DNA of 64,000 nucleotides from Octopus vulgaris (Eukaryota). Each line of letters opens with the position of its first letter. The first letter of the stretch is position 1. Below, in pieces: positions 1 through 11,818 of this stretch. Position numbers and translations under genes: made by a program. Location: positions 195,982,001 to 196,046,000 of the forward strand of contig OX597815.1 of assembly GCA_951406725.2 (NCBI GenBank). The letters run 5' to 3'. The notes under the pieces are model-generated. The model was not told where the DNA came from. It saw only the letters and a program-made list of their open reading frames with translations, and made no database searches.

Positions 1-59
1 TCCTCCTCCTCCTAACACTAGAATGATGTGAGGAAGAGATAGAAAGATAAACTTCACAC

Positions 60-960
60 ATACTGGTAAAATATTTCTAATGTACATTTGCATTACGTAA
101 AAGTTCTTTTTGCACAGACACAATTAATGATATTGTTTTCTTCTACGAACAAATACACACGCCTGTCTTCGTATGTGTCTACTGACATTTTCATAAAATT
201 ACAGTTAGTCTGTGTCTGTATAAGACGATGTAGCGTTCCTTGATACTAGGTTTCCTAAATCTGGTTTCTAACTTATCTTCAAAGCTCTGCATAACTGTTT
301 CAATAATTTAAATTCATGTTATACCTTTGATAATAATTTCAGTGATGCTTATTTCTTAGAGATTACTTGACATGTAATTCTTTCTTTTATTTCCTCCTTC
401 ATAAAACTAATGAATGCATCCAATATATTTATGTAAATTTTAATCACGATAAATCTATCTCAAATGATGCTATTAATCATGTTTCCATTTAAATTTCTAA
501 TATATCCTCTCAAAGCATCTTCAACAGTTATGGCTCTTCAATAATCAGACCCTGCTCTCAATTGGTTTATCTGATAAATTACCTCGCATACGTAACATTA
601 GACTCTAAATTATGCTTGGAGAAGTAACTCATTACAATAAGTCCCATGTTACTCCTCATGGTATTATTAGTAATTATAAAACCTTTGATACATGTCTGCA
701 GGCTACCTGCAAACAATTGATAAATTTTATTTCTAATTTCTACCTCAAGGTTGCTTGGGCAGTTCTGGCGAGGAGTAGAGTTTTCCTTTGGAAAATGAAG
801 TATTTTGTTTGAAATCCTCAACATGAAGTTGAAGATTGCTAAAGCAATATTCTTTACAATGCATCTCTCTCCTCCCCACCTTTCTTAATTCTCTGTTAGA
901 TTATTCTCCAAGACTGTTCGTTGTTCTTCGTTAAACTGTTTTCCTATTTTTTCCTCTTCT
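60..960 (-). pseudogene. Possible highly decayed L1/Tx1-like LINE ORF1 remnant
   Basis: A-rich minus strand gives protein-like fragments (LEVEIRNKIYQLF...CIKGFIITN; VEDALRGYIRNLNG; YEDRRVYLFVEENNIINCVC, which may be a decayed zinc knuckle) broken by stops and frameshifts. Weak pattern recognition only. Confidence 0.2.
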
Positions 961-1000
961 TTTCTTTTTCTTACTATCCAGATGTGTTCTCAAGGATTGA

Positions 1001-1150
<150 letters not shown>

Positions 1151-1227
1151 TAAAGTAAGCAGATCTCACACCTGTAACTGGATGATGAATCTCTTGTCAG
1201 ACTCTATTCCTGTTTTGCGGGATGGAC

Positions 1228-1310
<83 letters not shown>

Positions 1311-1379
1311 TTATGTGTGTGTACCTATATATACATACATGTGTATGTATGTATCTTCTTTTCCAAAGCATAATACTAA

Positions 1380-1525
1380 TAACTTACCTGTTCAGCGAAA
1401 GATAAAGATAGAATAAGTACACGGCTGTAATAGAAAATTTGTACTAGAGTCCATTCGACTGAAATTCTTCAAGGCAGTGCCCCAGGATGGACGCAGTTTA
1501 ATAAGTGAAACAAGTAAAGGAGAAA
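1380..1525 (+). mobile_element. Degenerate 3' fragment of SINE family A
   Basis: gatagaataagtac...aaggcagtgccccaggatggacgcag...tgaaacaagtaaagg matches the 3' tail of the fuller copies, e.g. 25740-25860. Confidence 0.6.
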
Positions 1526-2747
1526 AGATAATTATAGAGATAAATATATTTACACAAGCCTGGTCACCAACTTGATCTCTGAATCCCACTAAAAGAAACC
1601 GTGTTTATGAGCTGGGAGAAAGGTTCTTTCTTTCTTTGTAAGAAATTTGGAAGACAAAAAAAGAACGACAGAAAAAAAAACATAACTATGTTGAAGATAG
1701 ACAATAATATGTTGACACCAAATATTAAATCCTGATTGCACATACAATCAGTCATGTGTCCAGTATTCGTACATAAAACCGAACAGGTAATAACTACAGA
1801 ACACATTAAAATTTCTGTCTGGTCGGTTAGATAACAGCTTTAATGTTAACAACTCCGGAAGCAATTGATTTCTATAGTTTCATCTACCTCAAACTTCAAA
1901 CTCTCTCTGTCTCTCTCTCTATCTCGATCTCGCTCTCCCTCTTGCTCTACTTCTATATATCTCTCTAAATATATTCTATTTCTCACCTTTTCTCCTATGT
2001 CATTTCCTCTTATTGAAAACAATGCAGCCAAGTGTGCAGAATTATTTCCAGACTTCTCCTAAAACGACAACCTGCATATAAAGAAAACGTTGTTGGTATT
2101 GTTGTCGTTAATATTAATATTCGTGTAGCGGGAGTAGTGGTCTGATGATACTAGTATGAACGGTAGTTTTATTAGACAATCGTGGTGAATAGATAATGCT
2201 CTTTATTTTATGTGTATATATCAGACGTGTGTGCCATGACTTTATTCTTATCTATTGACCATATAAGTGGGTTGTCTGTCTGACAGGTAGTCAATTTGTC
2301 CCTCTGTATGTATGTATGTATGTATGTATGTATGTATGTATGTATGTATGTATGTATGCTTGTATGCATTATCCAATGTATTGGAACCTCATGGACACGC
2401 ATGTAGGTCAATGCAAAATCTAATCTGAACATAGAACTGGTAATTTTTTTAGCTCAAATGAGAAATGATGGCCAATTACCGATGAACACCAACCTTGCAT
2501 TTTATCTTTGAAATATTCGTCTGGATTCGTGTTGGAGTATCGGGTTCCATCAAAGATAAGCTGTACTTATATGTGTCACATGCTCGCTAGTGCTTCATCT
2601 CTGAAGAGGCAAATTTTTCGTGGTGAGGTGTCACCCGATTAATTCGACTTCATTGTATATAAATGCACACTAGTTATTGATAACTAATTTAATATAAAAA
2701 CGCCGTTGGAGAAATAGCTTTACGCACACACACACACATATATGTGT

Positions 2748-2800
<53 letters not shown>

Positions 2801-2833
2801 TAGATAGATAGATAGATAGATATATATATATAT

Positions 2834-2884
<51 letters not shown>

Positions 2885-4062
2885 CAGGGTGTGTAAGATA
2901 TATGAGAGCATAACTTTTGGGGGTCATCGCTGTTCTTTTTGCTTACTTTGTATAATCTTTGTTTCAGAAAATAATAATGGCAGACCCTCAGCTTACTCAA
3001 CAAATTAAGATGCATGCTGTTATTGTAGTTATAAAGGCTGAGTATAGCGATTTAGAAATATCTCGATTTTTAAAAGTTTCCAGTTCTTGCGTCTCCAAAG
3101 TTTGTAAGGAGTTAGAGACTGAAACTGGAAACGTATCACCAGTATTAAAGCATAAAAAGTACTGTAAACGCCCTGAAATCATCGAACAGACCATTGATTA
3201 CTATCCTAGAATGTTCATGAGGTCAATTGCAAAAGATCACCATATGTCAGAAGGAACAGTAGAAATTGTTGTCCATAAAGACATCACATATAAGTCTTAT
3301 ATAACGAGGAATGGTCAATTTGTCAGTAAAAGCAAAAGAAAATCACTACATAAGATCTAAAAGGCTCTTAAACAAACTGAATAATCCAGCAGAAGAAGAC
3401 TTGATTTGGTTTTTCTCAAATGAGAAAAATTTCGGCCATGATCAAAGAGTTAACAGAAGAAATGATAGTTGGGTATGTGCAGACCCTTCTGAAGTTCCAA
3501 ATGTTATACATAGAACGCTTCCTGCAACTGTCATGGTTTTAAGAGTTGCCAACAACGAAGGACATGTGATGCCTCCTTGGTTCTTTCCACAAGACCTTAG
3601 AATTAACTCTGCTGCCTACATTGAGATCCTGGATAGACAGTGTATGTTATGGAAGGCCATACTTGTATCAGTAAGACTCTGTACTATCACACATGGCCCT
3701 AGTAACACAGGGGTCGTTGGAAATTGGCCTCCTAATTCTCCAGATCTCCATCCATTCTGGAGCATTGTTGAAAGAAAGGTCATTGAACACGCCCATAACA
3801 CCTAAGATACTTTGTAAGCTGCCATAGTCAGAGTAATGTCCAAAAGAAACTAGGATCGCTTGATTCGAGCATGTAGATGATTTAGCGCTCAAATCGAAGT
3901 AGTCGTTGAAGCTGAATGTGTCTTTATTGAACAACAATATAGAAAAGAAGGTTTATTTTTTATCCTCATAGCATTTTTTGATAAATAAAGTTACTATTTG
4001 TTATTATATATCTGTTTAATGTTAGAAATATAAATCTGTCCTCAAATATATTACGCACCCTG
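2885..4062 (+). mobile_element. Decayed Tc1/mariner-superfamily DNA transposon, maT (DD37D)-like, with transposase pseudogene at about 2977-3935
   Basis: TA followed by TIR cagggtgtgtaagatatatgag at the left and ctcaaatatattacgcaccctg at the right. Frameshifted ORFs 2959-3360 (HTH region, MRSIAKDHHMSEGTV) and 3311-3805 (WFFSNEK, VMVL..NEGHVMPP.FFP, NWPPNSPDL). Confidence 0.88.
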
Positions 4063-4331
4063 CTTATGCTTTATACCTATTTATAAAATGCTGAAACAGT
4101 GTCCGTAAATACAAGGCATCATGTGACATATATTATGTTTATTCTATCTATATAATACGAATCAATACATGTGTATATTTAGGGATAAACCACAAGGTGG
4201 ATAACCAATATGCTAGAAGAAGATCTCATACGATCTAACTACAAAGAAAAGAATGTCCTCCAGAGAAATTCAGCAAACACCAGAACATAAGCGAGCAAGA
4301 CAGATGAAAATTATATAAAAATCAAGAATTA

Positions 4332-4393
4332 ATCGTATATCGATTTCGTCGATTACTTACGTAATTTTTCGTCCGCAGACTCGTCAGTACGAT
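4332..4393 (-). ncRNA. Minimal type-I hammerhead ribozyme motif with an intact core
   Basis: Minus strand reads ATCGTA-CTGACGA-GTC...GAC-GAA-ATCGAT-A-TACGAT: 6-bp stem I, CUGANGA box, stem II GTC/GAC, GAAA box, palindromic stem III ATCGAT, AUA cleavage triplet. Confidence 0.75.
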
Positions 4394-4684
4394 CGTTCCA
4401 ATTCAATATAATTTGAAAAACTAAACACTAGTTGTCCATATAAAACTAGACGTGCTCAGTTCCACCGATTACATTGGGGTTATTTTTCAAATGTCTAAGC
4501 CCTGGCGTGCTAAATTCCGGAAACAGTTCTGCAGCAGATAATTTACTGCTGTCAATGTTGCCGATTAGAGAACATAATTATTTTAAAATTTATATAATAC
4601 GAATCGTCAAAACGACATGGATTATACAGTTGTAACGTCAAAGCTATTCTTTATTATATTATTCTTAATAAATAATATTGTTTG

Positions 4685-4888
4685 CATATTTTGGCACAAG
4701 GCCAGCAACATCGGGGGAGGGGATAAGTCAATCGACCCCAGTGTTCAATTAGTACTTATTTTATCGACCCAGAAAGATAAAAAGCAAAGCCAGTCTCGAT
4801 GGAATTTGAACTCAGAACGTAAACACGGACGAAGTGCCGCTAAGCATTTTACTCGGTGCAGTAGCCATCCCGCCAGCTCGCCGCCTTA
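4685..4888 (-). mobile_element. SINE family B (Meta-domain-like), degenerate
   Basis: Reverse complement of aaggcggcgagctgg...ttctgagttcaaattcc...gggtcgataaaataagtac; same family as 47945-48176. Confidence 0.8.
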
Positions 4889-4911
4889 CTTTCTTGATAA
4901 TAAAAATAAAT

Positions 4912-5163
4912 AAATGCGCCCTTTTTAAAGCCTAGCCAGGCTCATGGGCCCGGTTTTCCGGTTCCTATGGCGTATGTTTTCCCCAGCTGGACGGGACGCC
5001 GGTCCATCGCAGCGTTACTCATTTTTGCAAGCTGAGTGGACTGGAGCAACGCGAAATGAAGTGTTTATCCCAAGAACACAACACGTCGCCCAGTCCAGGA
5101 ATCGAAACCACAATCTTACGATCATGATGCCGACACCCTAACCACTAAGCCACGCGCCTCCAC
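4912..5163 (-). mobile_element. SINE family C (tRNA head, CORE/Nin-like body)
   Basis: A box tggcttagtgg, B box gtttcgattcc, body ctgcgatggaccggcgtcccgtccag. Flanked by a probable TSD of about 15 bp, actttc(c)ttgataata. Confidence 0.85.
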
Positions 5164-5761
5164 TTTCCTTGATAATATTAAAACATATTTCTATTTATAA
5201 AGCAATACATGTTTATCTAGTATATTTGGTACCATGTTTTTGGTTGTCTTGGTCATCTGTCTTTGATTATCTCCACATAGAGTGAGATAGGCAATTCGTT
5301 CACAAATTTCTGTTTCCGTAAAATTGAATAACACGTACCCAGAGGGAGATTACATGAAACTGAGGAGAAACTATGAAGTTTAACGTTAAGAAAATTAACC
5401 TGCGCCTTTGGCGCGAACATAATAGCAGAGGGAAAGGAATATATAAATTTAATAGGTGCGGGGAGGTTCATAGAAAGAAAGAAGAACAAATAACATCTAA
5501 GATGAATCAGCATCAGATGTTTGTGTATATACGCATATATAAACATATTAGAGTAAGTTTCTTGTTCTATTAGCTTTCACATTGAATGCAAAGAGGTGTG
5601 GGAACCAGATTATATTTCATTTATGGGAGCAGATTATTTTTCTCTAAGTCTATAGGGGATGATGCCTCATCAAATTCTTTCTTATCCAGGGGCAGGTACA
5701 CTTCTGTTGATATTTTAGTTGCGTATCTCAAATATTAGACATTAAATCGTAAAGCGATTTT

Positions 5762-5905
5762 TCTTGGTTTCTTGAAAGAGTTGCGAAAGCTAACTGTTAA
5801 ATTAAGTATAACATCGACGAAACCAGAGGTTGTGTAATTAATTTCTCTAGTTATTTTAAGGCTGAATATGCTAAACTAGGGGATAATATCCTTTCGTAAC
5901 TTATT
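5762..5905 (-). pseudogene. Decayed Penelope-like reverse transcriptase fragment
   Basis: Manual translation NKLRKDIIP*FSIFSLKITREINYTTSGFVDVILNLTVSFRNSFKKP resembles the PLE RT segment LRK.I...F...GLKITIE.N...V.FLDVTL.L....Y.PY.KP. Not in the ORF track. Confidence 0.6.
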
Positions 5906-6967
5906 TCAAATGGGGTTATTAATGCTTTTACTTGAATAGGCCAACGTTACTGGAGTAAAATTCTGAGCAAGCACAGCAAAACTGTATAATTATAGAAGAT
6001 CGGTTACATATTTCTATTCTCTTTAAGTACACTAGGTTCTGAAAACGGAAAAATAGGAAACCTAGGACATTATGTACTGTATAAAGAAGCTGGAAACACG
6101 ACTGAATTGCACAACGATACTATCTGAATACATTACACAACGATAATATCTGAATACATTTTCTAGTATCAAAATATTTGAGAGTTGTATCAAACTTTAT
6201 AGTACATCTTGATACGCAAATGTAAAAGTTAGATTTGTCATCACGTGGTTTTAGTACACACACACATACACACACTGACACTCAGGCATGTATGTATGTA
6301 TGTATGTATGTATGTGTGTGTGTGCGTGTAAAACATATCAGATAACTGGGTGGAGTGGTCATATGAAATAAGTGTATGTGAATGTTAAGAGAATACTGTA
6401 CACGTGCGGTATTTTAGGATGACTCGGAATACTTGGTAATTAGGTTTATATATTTCAGAATAATAAAGGGAATGTGTTGGCGGTGGCGGCGGTGGTGGTG
6501 GAGGCAGTGGTGGTGGTGATGGGAATTGTTTAAGGGATAATGTTCTAGAAAAGAAATCGGGGTGCTGATAAAATGAAATTGTTTTAAGTCTTTTAGACTG
6601 GAGGAAGCACTGTGCATATGATGTACCACAAAAACGTCTGAGACATGTGGTAACCCCCACGATCGCGACCTGACCCGAATGCTTGCAACACAGTGAATTC
6701 CATTAAAAGCACCCCAGATGTCAGGTTGTGGTTTTTAGCCTAATAAAATAATGCTACAGAAATATGGAAATAAAGTTAAAGGAAAATGAAAGAGAAAAAA
6801 AGAAAAGAAAAAAAGATAATATGCAGTTTCAGGCTAAAATGTGTGAAATGTGTTTATTAAGATTTGCAGTGGATATACTAGTCTAGTGCATGATATATAA
6901 CGAGGTCTCTTCAATTTTACATGCATAATCATATGCAAAAATATAGTCTTATGTATGTGTGTGTATG

Positions 6968-7045
<78 letters not shown>

Positions 7046-7050
<5 letters not shown>

Positions 7051-7315
7051 GAAAGAATGGAGTTGAACGACGATTTAACAAATTAGGAATATGCAGCCTT
7101 CGAAACATATGTCGAGAATAAAGGAATTTTGTTAAATCGTCCTTCAACTCCATTCTTTCATTTATTTGTATTAAAAAAACACACAAATTTCCACACGAAA
7201 GCAGGTGATCTCTGCCCTTGGCATGTAGCTTCAACCGTGTTTTTCTGACGTGAATTTGCTACCCAGGTATCGGTTAACCGAATTATCCATACTAAGATAA
7301 TTCATTCAACTACTT
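7046..7315 (+). mobile_element. PLE-like terminal fragment with a 38-bp inverted repeat
   Basis: Arms 7046-7084 and 7125-7164 are reverse complements. The loop contains cgaaacatatgtc, resembling the 3' half of a hammerhead. Flanked by (TA)n on both sides. Confidence 0.5.
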
Positions 7316-7332
7316 ATATATATATATATATA

Positions 7333-7550
7333 TCAAAATGTGACCGCGTGTGTACCGTTGGCGATATTTTTCCTCCGTCTTCCCTTCTTTGGATCTTTCC
7401 TTTTCCTATGTTTCTGATGAAGAGCTCCGCTTGAAACGTTAAACCCTGCTTCTTTCCTTCTTTCCTGAGCGTCCAATAATACTATACTTGTTCCACGTCC
7501 TCGCGTGTGTTGTGTTTTCTCTTTGTGTTTTCATGTTTGGATTAACTTTA
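7333..7550 (+). mobile_element. Short non-coding PLE-like element, family H1, with a hammerhead motif at 7410-7444
   Basis: GTTT-CTGATGA-A-GAGC-TCC-GCTT-GAA-ACGT-T-AAAC. Related copies at 34031-34157 (+), 36661-36835 (-) and 53099-53283 (-). This copy is embedded in (TA)n. Confidence 0.75.
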
Positions 7551-7575
7551 TATATATACATATATATATATATAT

Positions 7576-9929
7576 TTGTTCTCTGTAACATGAAATTCCA
7601 CCAGCCGAAAGCTAATCCTAGTGACCTCTCTCCAGCCAACCCATTTGATAACATGGATCTCCATAATGCCAACTGGGATGCAACCAGGAACGAGCTATCA
7701 CATGTTGACTGGTCCTTTACCCATACACACATCTCCACCAACAATAAAACATCTTGGCATATCTTCGTAGACACCGTCACAAACGTATGTGCAAAACACT
7801 CCCCACCAAGACCTGTGAACAAAAAGTGCAGAATCCCCCAAAACAGAAAAACCATTATCAGAAAAATAAAAAGAACAAACAAAAGATGTGTGTACTGCCA
7901 ACAGCAACACACATTCGACGGCTATCGCACTGCTTGAATCCAAAAAATATAACCTCCAACAATGCATGAAGACCCTCATCAATAACCAAAGATCAGCTGA
8001 GGGGAAGTGGGCCATTGAAAAAATCAAACTCAACCCCAAAGTGTTCTTTTCATTTGCGAGGAAACACAGGGTCACTGTCTCCACTGTTGGCCCTCTAATT
8101 GATGAAAATGGCACTCTCCAAGATAATGCCAAATCTATGGGCGATATACTACAGAAACAATACTGCTCTGTTTTCAGCAATCCTAATATGGCCGATCTGG
8201 GCTGTATCAGTTGATGTCAACCCCCAACACACTATATCGGACATAACGTTTGGTGCCCCTGATGTCTTAGCGGCGATAAACGAAATAAAACACAATTCAG
8301 CAGTAGGCTCCGATAGGTTCCCTGCTTGTGTCCTGAAGGTGTGTCGACACCAACTTGCATCTCCCCTTGCTAATCTGTAGAGAAACTCACTGGATGCTGG
8401 CTATATTCCTAAAAACTTTCTGTCCCAGTCTGTTGTCCCAGTTTTCAAAAGGGGAAACAAGTCCCTTGCAGTGAACTACCGTCCGATCTCACTCACCTCT
8501 CATATCATCAAGGTATTTGAGAGGGTGGTGAAATCTCGAATAACCCAATTTCTGGAAAGCAACAGACGGCTGATCTCTAACCAACATGGGTTCCGTAATG
8601 GAAGGGACTGCCTAACGCAGCTCCTGCATCACTTTGATGACATTTTGAGAGCTTTGGGAGAGGGCTCCAACACCGATGTCATCTACCTTGATTTCAGCAA
8701 GGCCTTCGACAGGGTTAATCACAAGATCCTATTGAAAAAACTATCCAAAATTGGTGTCTCTGGAAAGTTACTGAAATGGATCAAGTGTTTCCTGACAGAC
8801 AGATCTCAACATGTTGTAGTTGAAGGAGTAAAATCAAGCCCAGCCAAAGTCAGTAGTGGCGTTCCGCAAGGCACTGTGCTGGGCCCACTTCTTTTCATCA
8901 TCTACATTAATGACATTAATGACATCATCAAGCACAGCAACATAAAAATCTTTGCAGATGATTCCAAGCTCCAGAAGGTCATAAATGAGGCGAGTGACCG
9001 GACATGCCTTCAGTCAGATCTACTGGCTGTTATCCAAAGGGCAGAAAAGAACAATATGCTGCTGAACGAGGATAAATTCGAGTTAATCCACTTTGGAAAA
9101 GAGGATGCCCTGAAACACCCATACTCCCTTCCTTCAGGTGAAACTCTCGTGGCATCCAACAACATCAGAGACTTGGGAGTAATTGTGGACAACAACATAA
9201 GCTGGGCCACTCATATAAACACCAAAGTTGACATGGCCCGCAGAATGTGTTCCTGGATTCTCAGAACTTTTCAGTTGAGAGATATCCACACCATTATCCT
9301 TCTCTTCTCCACTTTTGCCCGACCCTACCTTGAATACTGTTGTCCACTGTGGTCTTCCCACACAAAACAAAGTATCATAAAAGTTGAAGCACCTCAAATG
9401 TCTATCACAAAAAAGATAGATGGCATGACAGGCCCTCGACTATTGGGGTCGACTAGAAAAGCTAAAACTTTATTCTCTCCAACGTCGCCGTGAGCGCAAC
9501 ATCATCGGCATGATGTGGAAAATATTCCATCAGAATTGCCCAAATGATGTTGGCATCACCTTTAAGGTACATCCAAGGCTTGGGCCCCGTGCCATCCGCC
9601 CAAAACAAAAATCGCACTCTCATCTCATAACAACAATACGGCACAATTACTTCACCTCAATTGGCCCCGCTCTCTTTAACATTACACCAAAACACATTAA
9701 AAACAGAAACAGACCCTATAGGGTTCAAGAAGTCTTTGGACAGATTCCTTCAAGAAATCCCGGATAAACCTCCTACACCCGGATATGTCTCTGTAAACAA
9801 TAACTCTCTACTTGAGTGGGCCATAGTGCCCAAATTCTGACTTGAAAGACTTCACCAGGTGGTGCTATTAAGTTAGACATGGCCTGGGCCAATAATGGCC
9901 GAAACCTATCAAAGTATCAAAGTATCAAA

Positions 9930-9930
<1 letters not shown>
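7576..9930 (+). mobile_element. 5'-truncated CR1-group LINE (ORF2 linker, RT and 3' UTR)
   Basis: IKLNPKVFFSFAR, VGPL, QYCSVFS, NYRPISLTS, QHGFRNGRDCLTQL, YLDFSKAFD, SGVPQGTVLGPLLF, FADD, RDLGVIVD, RPYLEYC. Ends in the short tandem tail (TATCAAAG)3. Confidence 0.95.
8471..9493 (+). pseudogene. Reverse transcriptase domain of the CR1-group LINE ORF2, open segment of a disrupted ORF
   Basis: 340-aa open frame with non-LTR RT motifs. Upstream stop at 8378-8380 and frameshifts near 7890, 8210, 9435 and 9700. The endonuclease domain is missing. Confidence 0.9.
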
Positions 9931-9980
<50 letters not shown>

Positions 9981-9987
<7 letters not shown>

Positions 9988-10823
9988 AGGGTAAATAATT
10001 TTTTCGATGGTTTTTTCAGAAAACCAACAATTATTTACCGGTAGATTTCGGTATGTAAATATGACCTTTAGCGTCGGGAACTTCTGTGGAGTTCAGTATA
10101 TATAGTATATAAGTAAAAAGGGCAGGCAACAGGTTGCTCTGCCGCATACCGAAAGAATTAGAAATAGCAGTCAGAGACTGTTTATTTCCATTTTCAAGAA
10201 GTGGGGGCTCCATATACGACATAACCCTGCAATTCACATACGCAAAATATGAGGAGTAAATAAACGAAAACAATGCCTTACCGTTAATGGTGAACATGTT
10301 TCTAGATCGTAGGCGAGAAATTGCCTTACGTCTTTCTTCAGCACCATCTTCGTTAGATTTATCACATGCCACCAGCCTCCACTTTTGACCAGGCGTCATC
10401 AAATAGTGGGGGGAAGGCGAGCATAGGGTAAAACTAAGTATACGATTGAATTCGTAAATTTTCCCTCCAAAATTCTGCCATGCGCCCCACCGGGATAGTC
10501 GTAATGGAGTGAAAAATTCAATTAGTAATATAATAATAAGGGTAAATAATATTTTCGATGGTTTTTCAGACAAGCAACAATTATTTACCGGTAGATTTCG
10601 GTATGTAAATATGACCTTTAGCGTCGGGAACTTCTGTGGAGTTCAGTATATATAGTATATAAGTAAAAAGGGCAGGCAACAGGTTGCTCTGCCGCCTACC
10701 GAAAGAATTAGAAATAGCAGTCAGAGACTGTTTATTTCCTTTTTCTACAAGTGGGGGCTCCATATACGACAAAACCTTTCGGTATGCGGCAGAGCAACCT
10801 GTTGCCTGCCCTTTTTACTTATA

Positions 10824-10830
<7 letters not shown>
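9981..10830. mobile_element. Unclassified element: two 240-bp direct repeats around a 310-bp core, plus a 55-bp inverted tip
   Basis: 9981-10220 is nearly identical to 10531-10770. 10776-10830 is the reverse complement of about 10650-10705. Flanked by (TA)n. Confidence 0.7.
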
Positions 10831-10868
<38 letters not shown>

Positions 10869-10872
<4 letters not shown>

Positions 10873-10975
10873 CTCGAAACGTAAAATACTTTTTCAACTC
10901 CTGAGCGTTATACTAATACATCTGTTTGTTTTGTACACCACCTGTCTTCGTCTTTTGTTTTTTTTCGTGAACTCT
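10869..10975 (+). mobile_element. 5'-truncated PLE-like element, family H2
   Basis: taggctcgaaacgtaaaa...cctgagcgttatactaatacatctg...; further copies at 11345-11440 (+), 12359-12557 (-) and 28682-28740 (-). Confidence 0.7.
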
Positions 10976-11199
10976 AACCAGATTTTAACCTATATATATA
11001 TTATATTCTAATATATATATATATATATATTGCATTTCATATTGTCATATCATATAATAAAAATGATATATAACAACAATATAAAAATGATATTTAAAGA
11101 ATATAAGTTTTAGATGATCGAATGCATGGTATCTTTATATATTTGTGTTAGTCCATCCATGAAGAGTGAGGTAGAAAAGGAAGTTTGATCAACGAGGAG

Positions 11200-11313
11200 T
11201 TTGCATATTAAGTTGTGTTTGGAATTTTTCAATAAAGAGTTCTTTGTTAATTCCTCCTGTGTGGTGATCCCGTCTTTACATTGGTTATCAGGGAAATATG
11301 AGTAAGTCATAAG
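11200..11313 (-). pseudogene. C-terminal remnant of a Penelope-like GIY-YIG endonuclease
   Basis: Frameshifted reading LIFP..QCKDGITTQE / RINKELFIEKFQTQLN resembles the PLE ending FPFY....R..KE..FI.KF.P.LN. Confidence 0.45.
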
Positions 11314-11435
11314 TTTATATATATATATATATATATATAGCGCAACCGTAAAATACTTTTTCAACTCCTGAGCGTTATACTAATACATCTGTTTGTTTTG
11401 TACACCACCTGTCTTCGTCTTTTGTTTTTTTTTTG

Positions 11436-11527
<92 letters not shown>

Positions 11528-11818
11528 CACATACATACATACACACACATACAAACATGCACATATACATGCATAACATGTAAATATATATTTCTAAATT
11601 CGGTGTGTGGTGAGGCAAATCGTTGCTAAACCCTTAATTACTTAGTATATATATATATATATACATGTACCATATGGTGTAAGTGATAGCAAAGTAAGAA
11701 CATTGACCTTTATGATAAAAAAAAAAACGAGATGAATGACAATTCTTCACGGGCACAAATTAGCATTCGATACAGTAACAGTTGGTATATACCTTTATGC
11801 ATATATTAACAAACATGA

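Noticed and set aside
10030-10085. Hammerhead-like ccgacgc...ggt..acc-gaaa on the minus strand of the direct-repeat element
   Set aside because: The core deviates and no stem I pairing can be formed.
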